From the IMG/VR virus record IMGVR_UViG_3300018007_000001: a stretch of 64,000 nt of DNA; one strand, given 5' to 3'. This stretch comes from a virus. Position 1 is the first letter of the stretch; every line of letters begins with the position of its first letter. The notes under the pieces are model-generated. The model worked only from the letters and a program-made list of their open reading frames with translations, was not told the origin of the DNA and did not search any database. The position numbers were made by a program, and so were the translations under genes. Positions 43,842 through 53,459 of this stretch are shown here, piece by piece.

Positions 43842-43861
43842 CATTCTTACGCTACTACGAA

Positions 43862-44146
43862 TCAGGGCCGTTGTAAATTCCCCGCTTGGGTTAGGTGGTC
43901 GGGGTATTTTGCAAGCGCGACTCTCATGGCGTGGCGAATCACGTACAGGTTGGCGATCGCCACTAAATCCGGTAAGCCATCGGAAGCGTTTCTGCGGGCC
44001 AAGCGCCGAACATAGCGCAGAATCGATGGTGTTGGATACATCCCACACTGGTGCATCTCGTGGAGAACAGTGTCGGTGTTGATCGCCACAGGTGTTGGTG
44101 CGAAATAAGCGGAGCCCAGATCCTCTGATGTGTAGCGCCTAACCAC
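43862..44146 (-). CDS. hypothetical protein
   Basis: 94-aa ORF with a GTG start 4 nt after the upstream stop. Confidence 0.45.
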   Translation of the reverse strand: MVRRYTSEDLGSAYFAPTPVAINTDTVLHEMHQCGMYPTPSILRYVRRLARRNASDGLPDLVAIANLYVIRHAMRVALAKYPDHLTQAGNLQRP

Positions 44147-44149
44147 GTT

Positions 44150-44947
44150 TCATCGCTTCAACATTCCCACTTCAACCAGAATATTCTGAATCACGCTGAG
44201 TTGGATGGTCCCACCTTCCCCAAGCGCTTTCTCGACGGGCCGGTATCGGCCTTCGAGTTTCGCCATTTGATCAACGGTCTGAAGCAGCGTCGCGGCCGTC
44301 TCACTCGCCATCTTGCGTGGGTCGTGAAACTTCGCCGGCGTCTTGCGCCAGAGTCGACGGTCGGAGCTTGGGAAGGCGGCATTGATTGCATCTTGCAGGG
44401 AGCCCTTAACGCGCGTCCAGCGCTCGTTGCCCGACTCTCGAAAATATTCCTCGTCGCGCTGTTCCCAAATCACCTGGACCTCGGAAGCGTGCGTGTCAAG
44501 CGTGTACTTGTCCGGGTTCTCCGGGTCAGTGAGATATTCGTCAATCGCGTCATAGACTTTAATCGACTGGTCGATGATCCGGTCCATCAGGGACTCAATG
44601 GTGCGGTAGCGCGCCAAGTCGATCTTTGCTTGCTCTTCGGCGTCCTCGCCGGCTAAGACCTTCGCCCGGGCAACCTCCCGGGCCCTTCGGATCTCAGCCG
44701 CGGCCGCGGTCATGTGGTTGGCTCGATGGTTTCGGAGAATCTGCGTGCCCGTGTGGAATTCGGCCCGAACCTCGGAGATTGATTTGACCACGAGGGCCGC
44801 TTCAATCTCAGCACGCCTAGCGTCCAAACAAACGCGGCAGAAGCCGCCGGCTCGCCCGAGTTTACCAGGGACGCGCTTGACCCTGACGTCGGTCGACGGG
44901 TGCGGATCGTCGGTTAGAGCAGTGTATGGTTCCGTTAGATTCGGCAT
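44150..44947 (-). CDS. hypothetical DNA-binding/coiled-coil protein (small terminase subunit is one possibility)
   Basis: 265 aa. The N-terminal part is basic, the centre is charged and helical (AAAEIRRAREVARAKVLAGEDAEEQAKIDLARY), and the C-terminus looks globular. It is not adjacent to terL. Confidence 0.25.
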   Translation of the reverse strand: MPNLTEPYTALTDDPHPSTDVRVKRVPGKLGRAGGFCRVCLDARRAEIEAALVVKSISEVRAEFHTGTQILRNHRANHMTAAAAEIRRAREVARAKVLAGEDAEEQAKIDLARYRTIESLMDRIIDQSIKVYDAIDEYLTDPENPDKYTLDTHASEVQVIWEQRDEEYFRESGNERWTRVKGSLQDAINAAFPSSDRRLWRKTPAKFHDPRKMASETAATLLQTVDQMAKLEGRYRPVEKALGEGGTIQLSVIQNILVEVGMLKR

Positions 44948-44955
44948 GGTTTTGG

Positions 44956-46328
44956 CTAGTACAAATCCGCTTGGTTGGACTCACCTTCGATTTCAGCCTC
45001 ATTCACGTTGCACATCTGAAATTGCAAGTACTGCCGGTTGAACCGGAGGTAACAGCTCCCGGTTGGCCCGTTTCGTTGCTTCGCCAAAATGAACTTTACC
45101 ACGGGGGTCTTACTGTCGCGATGTAGAAAACAAACTAAGTCCGCGTCTTGTTCGATCGCGCCAGATTCTCGAAGGTCCGACAAATGCGGCCGGCGGTTTT
45201 CTTTTTCGATGCCCCGGCTAAGTTGACTGAGAGCGATTACCGGGCAATTCAGATCCTTTGCCAGCGCCTTCAGGTCGCGGGACACGCCTGCAACTTCCTC
45301 TTGGCGGTTCCGGGCGGCCAGAGGATTAGACACGAGTTGCAGGTAGTCTACGATTACCAAGTCAATTTGCCCTTGTTCGAGCGCAAGCCGCTGGGCCCTG
45401 GCTCGAATCTGCGTCGACTTGAGCGCCGCTGAATCGTCAACCCAAAGTTTCATCTCCGAGATTCGCCGCCAAGCATCGCTGAGCCGATCCCATTCGTGAC
45501 GCTCCACGTAGGCGGATCTGAGCCGGTGAGAATCAAGTTGTGTCTGTCCCGCGAGCGTGCGCGACATCAATTGCTCGGCCGACATCTCGAGGCTGAAGAA
45601 GCCGACAACGCGATCAGACTTGGCCGCATACTCTGCAAAGTTCAAAGCGAGCGCCGTCTTGCCTTGGCTGGGCCTGGCGGCCAGGATAATCAAGTCGGGC
45701 GCCTGCCAGCCAGCCGTCAAAGCGTCGATATCCGGAAAACCCGAGCTCACCCCCGTGTTTGCCGCATACGAGCCCTGGTGTTGTTCGAAGAGCTGCTCAA
45801 TTCTGGAAATCACGCGGCCGGTTATTTCGCCCGCAGACTCAAGCCCGCCCTTCGCCGTTTGCCGGTCGAGGCTCAGAAGCGCCTTCTCGGCCGATGTGAT
45901 GATTTCCTGGCTTGAATCCTCGGCTTCAATCGCGCGGGCCTGCACCTGGGCCCCAAAGCGGATCAAAGCGCGAAGCGTCGACTTCTCGCGGAGGATTGGC
46001 AGGTACGGCTTCAGTGTGTTCGTCCTGGGAACTCCATCGATCAAGCTGGCGAGATAAGTAGCGCCGCCGACCTGCTCAAATTCTCCCTCTAGCCTGAGTG
46101 CGTCGCTGAGTGTGAGGAAGTCGACAACTTGGCCAGCCTGTGAAAGCTTCAGCATCGCGCGGTAAATTCTCCGGTGACTCTCGAGGTAAAAATCATCCAA
46201 GCGCGCCAAGTCGGATAATTCCGCCAGCACGAGGTTATCGAGCAACACGGCGCCTAAGACCGATTTTTCAATTTCCACGGCACACGGCATGCCTTTTTCC
46301 AAAAACGCATCACCATGAATTTGGTTTT

Positions 46329-46332
<4 letters not shown>
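44956..46332 (-). CDS. dnaB: replicative DNA helicase DnaB
   Basis: 458 aa. N-terminal PCAVEIEKSVLGAVLLDN. Walker A in LIILAARPSQGKTALALNFA. ...IVDYLQL..., ...VIALSQLSR...E and RQ.NGPTG are typical DnaB motifs. Confidence 0.9.
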
Positions 46333-47183
<851 letters not shown>

Positions 47184-47539
47184 GAGCGCCCCCTTTCACA
47201 CGTATAGGATAGCATCGAAAACCGTCCCCGCTCTGGTAACACAAGCATCCACACGGTTTGAAGATTAGGAAGCAAGGCCAGGGGAGCGACCCCCGGCCCG
47301 TCGACAGGATGCTTACCTTACCCCCGTGTGAAGGCCCGCCCATCCTATCACCCCCCCCTCAGCGAGTCAATAGCCGGTTCAAAATGTCATTTTTGCGATA
47401 TTTACCCCAGGCGATGTTTAGAATGCGCCAAAGTTTTGTGGAATTCTGGTATAGCCAAACGCCCCAAGTGTGGTGGAACGCCCCGTATAGAATTTACACT
47501 GTTTGTTGATAACAAAGGGGTTAGGGCCTGGCCTTTCGG

Positions 47540-48202
47540 TTGCAGTATCGAAGACGCATGGCAAAGAAACAGAAACGAGACAGAGAGCAGCCCGATTTAG
47601 AATACGGCTTTGTGCTGGAGGGAGAGTTGTTTGACCAATCTCCAGAGCCTCACGCTTATGACTGCGAATGTGAACAATGCCGGTCTGTCTCCCAGATAAT
47701 CACAGCGAAAAACGTCGATGGGTATATCTGGGGCGACGGGGAAATTGAGGTGTACACCTCCAACTGTTTGCGAGATTCGCGCTTAAAAACCCAACGGAGG
47801 ACTCAGATGGCAATGACACCGAATAATATCCAGAAATCACTCTGGCCCTGGCTCACCCAGAAGGGCCCGACCGCCGGCAACCTGGCCGACCTCGAAATGG
47901 CTCAGGAAATCGACCGTATTCTCAGGGACGCGCAGGCCAAAACGTTTGAGATGCGCGCGCCCTACTTCGAGGTTGAGAAACAATTCAGGGCCGAGATTGA
48001 CCGGCTTAGAAAGAAACTCCTGTCGATCAAATGGTACATCGTGAGTGAAGCTGTCCAGAAGTTCGGGCGGCCGAATCCGCGGCATCCTGATTGCTCGACG
48101 TGTTTGACGCAAAGCGTTTTTCCAGGTGGGCCGGACCACGAGCCAAGCGAGTACTGCAGATCTGGGAAGCGTCCTCACTGCAGCTGCGATTCCTGTTTCT
48201 GA
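47540..48202 (+). CDS. hypothetical Cys-cluster protein (start uncertain)
   Basis: 220-aa ORF. The internal ATG at 47807 has GGAGG 6 nt upstream (MAMTPNNIQK...). The C-terminus carries HPDCSTCL...CRSGKRPHCSCDSCF. Confidence 0.5.
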   Translation: MQYRRRMAKKQKRDREQPDLEYGFVLEGELFDQSPEPHAYDCECEQCRSVSQIITAKNVDGYIWGDGEIEVYTSNCLRDSRLKTQRRTQMAMTPNNIQKSLWPWLTQKGPTAGNLADLEMAQEIDRILRDAQAKTFEMRAPYFEVEKQFRAEIDRLRKKLLSIKWYIVSEAVQKFGRPNPRHPDCSTCLTQSVFPGGPDHEPSEYCRSGKRPHCSCDSCF

Positions 48203-48236
48203 AGTATGGTATGGTAATTGAAAGGACTTAATCGAT

Positions 48237-48407
48237 ATGAACACTATAGCGCGTCTTGACGTTTTCGGCCCGGCTGGAATTTGGCTCTACACGATCGACA
48301 GCGGATTGATTGACCTGCTGATCGAACGAGCCGACAGCATTTACCGCAATCAACCCACCTGGCGGCCAGTGCTGAGCGCGGCCAGCGTAGCCCGAACGGG
48401 GAATTGA
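48237..48407 (+). CDS. small ORF (56 aa)
   Basis: Hand translation gives MNTIARLDVFGPAGIWLYTIDSGLIDLLIERADSIYRNQPTWRPVLSAASVARTGN, with GAAAGGA upstream. Confidence 0.35.
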   Translation: MNTIARLDVFGPAGIWLYTIDSGLIDLLIERADSIYRNQPTWRPVLSAASVARTGN

Positions 48408-48409
48408 CA
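48393..48409 (+). promoter_or_regulatory. family motif h: CGAACGGGGAATTGACA (no well-spaced -10 found)
   Basis: Matches the family consensus including a TTGACA -35. The best downstream A/T hexamers are at 12-15-nt spacing only. Confidence 0.3.
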
Positions 48410-48533
48410 GCGCCGTCATACTATTAATTGAAAACCCCGATCCGCGCCGGGGAGTAGCGCGGGAAACAAGCTGGTGAATCCAGCACCGGGCAACAGCGAT
48501 CTGAAGGGGCAACTAAAATCAGGAGATACGATA

Positions 48534-49016
48534 ATGACACAAGAAACTGTAACCTACGAAGAGATCAGCGAGGAGCTTAACAGCTGCATATCCGCCGACG
48601 ATATGCAGAAATACGCGCAGTGGCTGTATACTTCCGGTGCCCTAGACGAGAGCGAGCAGGTATTCAGCGTGACTGGTCCACTCGCTCCATGGAGCCTCCC
48701 TGACGCAGCAGAGGAATTCTGGACGGACGGCGCAGATATGCTCGTCATGTTCCCTGACTGCTCGACCCATGGCCTGAATTGGGCATATTGGGACAACTCC
48801 AATAGGAGTTGGAGAGAGCCGAGGGACCGGGATTTCGCGCTTGCTGGTACTAAGGGTAGCAAATACGCGGTCGAGCCCGGCACTAAATGCGACCGCTGTC
48901 ACGAAAAACTGACCGACGATGAGCGCCTCAATAACGAGATCGAAAACGAGGAGCAAGACGGCAATAGCTCCCTCTGCTCGGAATGTCAGGAGATCGAAGA
49001 GTCTCTCACTGATTAG
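48534..49016 (+). CDS. acidic hypothetical protein
   Basis: Start trimmed to MTQETVTYEE... (AGGAG 8 nt upstream), 160 aa. Many D/E residues. The C-terminus has CDRC...CSEC. Confidence 0.55.
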   Translation: MTQETVTYEEISEELNSCISADDMQKYAQWLYTSGALDESEQVFSVTGPLAPWSLPDAAEEFWTDGADMLVMFPDCSTHGLNWAYWDNSNRSWREPRDRDFALAGTKGSKYAVEPGTKCDRCHEKLTDDERLNNEIENEEQDGNSSLCSECQEIEESLTD

Positions 49017-49116
49017 TCTTATGGTCCCGCTGTGGCTCCTGATGCTCGCTCGGCTATTCAGAGCAGCCCGAAAGGGTTTTCCACGGCGGGACCGCCCATC
49101 GAAAGGAGTAGCGAAT

Positions 49117-49362
49117 ATGGAACCCTCTGGACGATTGAGCGATGAAGATATCTGCCTCGCGGATCAAGTGCTCGAATTCAGTGATAGTCAGATGTACAAC
49201 TGGCCGGGCGAATTGTTGGAAGCACTCCGGCTTTACCCCGAGCAGGTTCTTGAGAGCACGGCGAACGGAAAACTCCGGCGCGTACATCGCATCACGGTCC
49301 CCGGCTACTATTATCGCGATACAATAGAGCCTCTGATTCGGCGATTGCCGGGCGCCAAGTAA
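49117..49362 (+). CDS. hypothetical protein
   Basis: Start trimmed to MEPSGRLSDED... (AAAGGAG upstream), 81 aa. Confidence 0.5.
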   Translation: MEPSGRLSDEDICLADQVLEFSDSQMYNWPGELLEALRLYPEQVLESTANGKLRRVHRITVPGYYYRDTIEPLIRRLPGAK

Positions 49363-49412
49363 CGGCAACAACAGCAACCGCGCCGCCCAGCGCGGGGACA
49401 AGGAGATTGAAA

Positions 49413-49604
49413 ATGTCACAAGCACAAGCACTGAGCGTAAAGGAAGCGAAAGCAGCCGGACTGGTGCTGCCTTACGATCCTGCCCGCGACACTGGCTATG
49501 TCGTCATCTGCGGCGGCAGGGTCGAGCAAGACAGTAACGGTCACCCGATTGTAACCAACGAGTCAGAGGCCTTGGCTCGCGTGGCTGCGCTGGACTGCGA
49601 TTAA
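49413..49604 (+). CDS. hypothetical protein
   Basis: MSQAQALSVKEAKAAG..., 63 aa, with AAGGAG 8 nt upstream. Confidence 0.5.
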   Translation: MSQAQALSVKEAKAAGLVLPYDPARDTGYVVICGGRVEQDSNGHPIVTNESEALARVAALDCD

Positions 49605-49610
49605 TTTTTT

Positions 49611-49634
49611 CCCGCCGCAGCGGACTCCGCGGAC
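49611..49634 (+). repeat. 24-nt intergenic element copy A (CCCGCCGCAGCGGACTCCGCGGAC)
   Basis: 21/24 identical to 49839-49862. It lies directly after a stop codon in the plus-strand cassette. Confidence 0.7.
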
Positions 49635-49644
49635 AGGTTAAACA

Positions 49645-49836
49645 ATGACTACTATGCTTAAACATCAACCGAAATCAATCTATATCGACGTTGACACTGA
49701 TTTGCAACTTACTCCGTTGCTCGCGGCGCTGACCCGTCGCGTGAAAGTCGGGATGCGAATCTCTCTCAGGAGCGGAATGGTTCTGCAACGCTCGGACGCA
49801 CGCAGAAGCGGCATAGCTTGGATCACAGTGAAGTAA
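49645..49836 (+). CDS. hypothetical basic protein
   Basis: 63-aa ORF with a weak SD. Confidence 0.4.
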   Translation: MTTMLKHQPKSIYIDVDTDLQLTPLLAALTRRVKVGMRISLRSGMVLQRSDARRSGIAWITVK

Positions 49837-49838
49837 TA

Positions 49839-49862
49839 CCCGCCACGGCGGACTCCGCGGAA
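49839..49862 (+). repeat. 24-nt intergenic element copy B (CCCGCCACGGCGGACTCCGCGGAA)
   Basis: See copy A. It starts 2 nt after the stop of 49645..49836. Confidence 0.7.
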
Positions 49863-50024
49863 CTTCTTAACTTTGCTGGTCTGTACGTGACCCGGCCCGA
49901 CCCTGCGGTGACAACGCGTCAGAGCGAATGGCTTGGGGAGATGTCCCCCTTGACGTACAGACCGGCCGGCCGCCCCGATGAAGAGGGGATTGAGGAACGA
50001 ATTCAACGAATAAGGAGATTGATT

Positions 50025-50429
50025 ATGTTTATTGGAGGAATCGTTATCTACAGCGCCCAGGCTGAATTGGAGCGCTGGGGCTATCCACGCACCTACAGCG
50101 AAGAGGTTGAATATGATCGGGCTATGCAAGAAGCCAGGAGCATTGGCTCGAATCGGAATCCTCTTCCCCGCAACTTTTCAGAAGAGGGGGCTCGACGGCT
50201 GTTCTTTGTCTTGGGGCATAACGGACTTGAACCGTTCAAAACGATGGACGACGCGAAAGAGGCATCGGCCTCGAAGTTGGCTCGCTGGAAAAGTGTAGCC
50301 AGCACGCCGGACGCGATTGACGAATTCCCGGTGTTCGCCGGGGCTGACCTACTGGATAATCCGCCAAAGGAAATCGTGCTGGGCAACGGCAGATACCCGT
50401 TCTTGACACACGTATACGAAACCAGATAA
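50025..50429 (+). CDS. hypothetical protein (start trimmed)
   Basis: ATG at 50025 with AAGGAG 8 nt upstream (MFIGGIVIYSAQAELERWGY...). The tracked ORF extends to a TTG at 49818, but that extension covers repeat copy B. Confidence 0.5.
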   Translation: MFIGGIVIYSAQAELERWGYPRTYSEEVEYDRAMQEARSIGSNRNPLPRNFSEEGARRLFFVLGHNGLEPFKTMDDAKEASASKLARWKSVASTPDAIDEFPVFAGADLLDNPPKEIVLGNGRYPFLTHVYETR

Positions 50430-50489
50430 ATCAAATCGCTAGGCTGGAGCGGAAATCCAGCCACATTCTGAAACCTAGGAGGAACTCAA

Positions 50490-50762
50490 TTGAAAAGAAT
50501 ATTTCTAATCCTTACGCTGGTCGCGCTTTCCATTTGCGCCAGCGCGAACACCGTCAACCGAGCTAACCGCGCTCACCGCGCAATGTCGCAAGACGATTGT
50601 GCGGACTGCGCGTATAGCGCCGATCACTACGCCTCGGCTTATGAGGCGCTGTGTGACGTGCGTGGAGGCACTGAGGAAGAGTGCCAGGCAATTTACAATT
50701 TTCGATATCAGGACTATTGTATCGAGCATTGTTCTCCATGCGCGGCGTGTATCTTGCAATAG
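50490..50762 (+). CDS. secreted cysteine-rich mini-protein
   Basis: TTG start with AGGAGG 8 nt upstream. Signal-peptide-like MKRIFLILTLVALSICASA. The mature ~70 aa carry 8 Cys. Confidence 0.5.
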   Translation: MKRIFLILTLVALSICASANTVNRANRAHRAMSQDDCADCAYSADHYASAYEALCDVRGGTEEECQAIYNFRYQDYCIEHCSPCAACILQ

Positions 50763-50824
50763 CACGTAGCGCGCCACGGGCCGGGAGTAGATCACCGAAA
50801 CCGGCCCACGCAACGACAAAAGAG

Positions 50825-51286
50825 TTATGTGCCGGCTTTCCACTTCTCAGGATTCCCCCGGGTAATCACCGCCACGATTTCATCCTCTTTCACGATGATA
50901 TAGTTACAATCGCGCTCAAGTTCAATTTCCGTCCCGGCGAATTTGCCGAGTAAAACGTGATCTCCTACCTCCAACGGGATCGGAATATGGCCGCCTGTCC
51001 CAAGTAGACGCTTGCCGGGCCCCACTGCCAGAACGTCGGCTTCTTGGCCCTTGGGTTTCCAGACGTCAGGCGTAACAAGCAAGTTGCCAGAATCATAGAA
51101 CGGCTGAGCCTCGCGCATTCGAACGACAACGCGATCAAGCATCGGCTCGGGCACGCCAGGCTTGATTACTCCCGGGTGATTGATAGGCGCCCTCGCCTCC
51201 GTTTTTTGGGCCGTCCTGCGGCGCTTTGCCATGTGCTCGATCCGTTTGAGTTGACGCTGCGGTTTCGGCCGTGGGTGAACGCTCAT
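50825..51286 (-). CDS. groES: GroES (Cpn10) co-chaperonin homologue with basic N-terminal extension
   Basis: LDRVVVRMREA...ADVLAVGPGKRLLGTGGHIPIPLEVGDHVLLGKFAGTEIELERDCNYIIVKEDEIVAVI aligns by eye with GroES. It has a ~50-aa K/R-rich extension. ATGA coupling to the upstream gene. Confidence 0.75.
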   Translation of the reverse strand: MSVHPRPKPQRQLKRIEHMAKRRRTAQKTEARAPINHPGVIKPGVPEPMLDRVVVRMREAQPFYDSGNLLVTPDVWKPKGQEADVLAVGPGKRLLGTGGHIPIPLEVGDHVLLGKFAGTEIELERDCNYIIVKEDEIVAVITRGNPEKWKAGT

Positions 51287-51969
51287 TCCTCGTCCCCCTC
51301 TCCCTCAGATTCCGCCGGCGTGCTACCCTTCGGCGGCTTCACGTAAGTTAAGCTCGGCTTGCCGGCTTTGAAAACCAGCTTCCCCCCGTTCGGTAATTCG
51401 ACGGAGGCGAGCTCGTGCTTAGCCATAAGCTCTTGAATTTGCTCCTTGTACTCGTTTTCGGACTGCTTCCACACACCGGCGTTATGAATAGCCTCGGAAC
51501 AGGGGGCAAGAAGTTTTTTGAGTGCAGCCGGCAATTTCTTTGATTGCCTGGCATCCTCAATCAATTCAGGCTGCAGATCTGGCTCGCCTTTGGTTTTCTT
51601 TTGCAGGCGAGGGGGAGCGGTCGACCTCGGGGCGGCTGGGGTTGTATTTGCCATAAAGGTATTTTCTCCTTCTGATTTAATTTCTGGAATTTGCAAAACC
51701 TCACGGATTTTTGAGAGTAATTCGTAACTCTCATAAACTAAAGCTTTTTTATTCGGGTCCGGGCTGTCGAAAAATTGCAACTTCGGGATGGCTCGAAGAT
51801 AATAGAGCCCGTTTGTCAGGCCCCCACGATATTCGTCAAGAATGAGATCCTGGAGGTAGCCATCTGAGCAGCCTTCGGTTTGTAGCGTTTCCCATTCCCG
51901 ATCTTGGGTCAGAAATTGGAAAAGTTTTTGCTCAGGCGTCAGGATTACTGTAAGCGGATTCGTCATCAT
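51283..51969 (-). CDS. hypothetical protein
   Basis: 228-aa ORF. Confidence 0.55.
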   Translation of the reverse strand: MMTNPLTVILTPEQKLFQFLTQDREWETLQTEGCSDGYLQDLILDEYRGGLTNGLYYLRAIPKLQFFDSPDPNKKALVYESYELLSKIREVLQIPEIKSEGENTFMANTTPAAPRSTAPPRLQKKTKGEPDLQPELIEDARQSKKLPAALKKLLAPCSEAIHNAGVWKQSENEYKEQIQELMAKHELASVELPNGGKLVFKAGKPSLTYVKPPKGSTPAESEGEGDEE

Positions 51970-52237
51970 ATTGAGCCTCTAAAATCTTCGCGTAATTTTG
52001 AGCGTGCAATGCTGAACAGGCCAGAAATTGTTTGATCAGTACCAAGTATTTCCATTCCCAAAGATAACCGGTCAGAGCGCCGCAGACCGGGCATTTGCCT
52101 AGAATGGCAAATCGCGCCTCATCGGTCGCGGCATCGGGCCGGCCTTCAAGCATACGCACGGAGGAAGGCGGGGGCAAGCGGCGGGAGCCCTTCGGCGGCT
52201 GATCACGGCGGGCGCGGGTTTTAGTTGAAGGGACCAT
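51932..52237 (-). CDS. hypothetical protein
   Basis: 101-aa ORF with GAGG 7 nt upstream and one CPVCG. Confidence 0.45.
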   Translation of the reverse strand: MVPSTKTRARRDQPPKGSRRLPPPSSVRMLEGRPDAATDEARFAILGKCPVCGALTGYLWEWKYLVLIKQFLACSALHAQNYAKILEAQYDDESAYSNPDA

Positions 52238-52478
52238 GAATTACCTCGGGTTTCGGATTCGGCGGCGGCGCGGAGGGCGGAATATTCCAGGCCGGAACCT
52301 GCGAATGATTCATCCTCTGCCCCAAAAATGTGACGCGCGCCGGCGGTTCATCATAGCGCATTCGTTTCTCACGCGCGCATTCATGGCAAATGACCCAAAG
52401 GGCGTTGTCGGGACCGCGGAAAGGCAGGCCCCAATCGTGGCGATGAAAACACAGAAAATACAGGAACCGCCAGATCAT
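52221..52478 (-). CDS. small Cys/His protein with hydrophobic N-terminus
   Basis: 85 aa with AAGGAG 8 nt upstream. Strings FLYFLCFHRHDWG...ICHECAREK. Confidence 0.5.
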   Translation of the reverse strand: MIWRFLYFLCFHRHDWGLPFRGPDNALWVICHECAREKRMRYDEPPARVTFLGQRMNHSQVPAWNIPPSAPPPNPKPEVIHGPFN

Positions 52479-52533
52479 ATACCCTGCTCCTTTTCACAAT
52501 ACGCGGACAGGCTGCTGTAGCGATGCAGGATCA

Positions 52534-53178
52534 TTAATGGTCGTCATGGTCGCTACTCCCCTGCCGTTGCGCCGTCAGAAAGCGATCGATGTCGGTGGCC
52601 TCAACTAGCCGATTAAGACTGCATGTGTTCCACCAGGCCGCAAACGCCTCCAGCAGCGCTCGGTCGTTTCTCTCGTTCTCGGCCCCTGCGGTCAGGCGAG
52701 TGATGCTTATTGACGGTCGCGGCTGTGTATCGCGGCAACGGCTGATCTTCTCGCCCGCTGGCGGCTCCGGGGCGTCGCCCTCTGGCGGCAACGGCTGATC
52801 TTTCACGAAGTCAGCGAGGATTGCGTTGGCTGCTTCTGAGTGGAATGGTAGCGGTGCTGGCGGCTCCGGGGCGTCGTCTGGCGCGGGCTGCGGAACTGAC
52901 AGTAATGGCTCAACGTGCTCTTTAACAAATGCTTCTAGCTGTTCCGTACTGCCATGAAAACCCAGCTCCGTGCGTGACTCCGGGGCCTGCCTCGTTATCT
53001 GCGACTCTTCTCGACAGATAAAGTCACGAAGTCCGCCGCCCGCGGTTAAATGATGCTTGCCCTTCCGTACCGGGCAGGGCTCTAGGTAGAAATAACTTAA
53101 GCCCTCCCGCTGTATGTCCAACTTAACGGGTTCGCCCTTTCGCCACTCGCGCCACTGCTGCTGCTTATCGTTGGTCAT
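52534..53178 (-). CDS. hypothetical protein
   Basis: 214-aa ORF with repeated DAPEPPA strings. Confidence 0.55.
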   Translation of the reverse strand: MTNDKQQQWREWRKGEPVKLDIQREGLSYFYLEPCPVRKGKHHLTAGGGLRDFICREESQITRQAPESRTELGFHGSTEQLEAFVKEHVEPLLSVPQPAPDDAPEPPAPLPFHSEAANAILADFVKDQPLPPEGDAPEPPAGEKISRCRDTQPRPSISITRLTAGAENERNDRALLEAFAAWWNTCSLNRLVEATDIDRFLTAQRQGSSDHDDH

Positions 53179-53270
53179 AGCTTTGTTCCTTTCAGCGCTT
53201 CATCAAACCTGGTCCGCCATTCCTTCAATATCAGCGCGATGCTGTACTGGATGGACCCGTTCATCGTTGG

Positions 53271-53459
53271 TCATTGCTGTCGCTCCGGTACGCTTAACAT
53301 CAGCCGCCCGTACTTCGTCGGACCCGATGATTCTTGCTGTCCCGCCCACTCAAGCACGGTGGATAACGGCGCACTGTCATCAAACAGTGCCGTTTCTAGC
53401 CATGCTGAGCCCGTCTCAGCATTGCCAGCGGATCGTTCTTTAATCACTACTATGATCAT
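53271..53459 (-). CDS. small ORF (62 aa) candidate
   Basis: Internal ATG at 53459 (MIIVVIKERSAGNAETGSAWLETALFDD...) with AGGAG 11 nt upstream. Confidence 0.25.
   Translation of the reverse strand: MIIVVIKERSAGNAETGSAWLETALFDDSAPLSTVLEWAGQQESSGPTKYGRLMLSVPERQQ

Noticed and set aside
48228-48512. 94-aa minus-strand ORF inside the plus-strand cassette
   Set aside because: It is antisense to a plus-strand small ORF and to the motif and hairpin region. It has no SD, and the surrounding genes are all on the plus strand.
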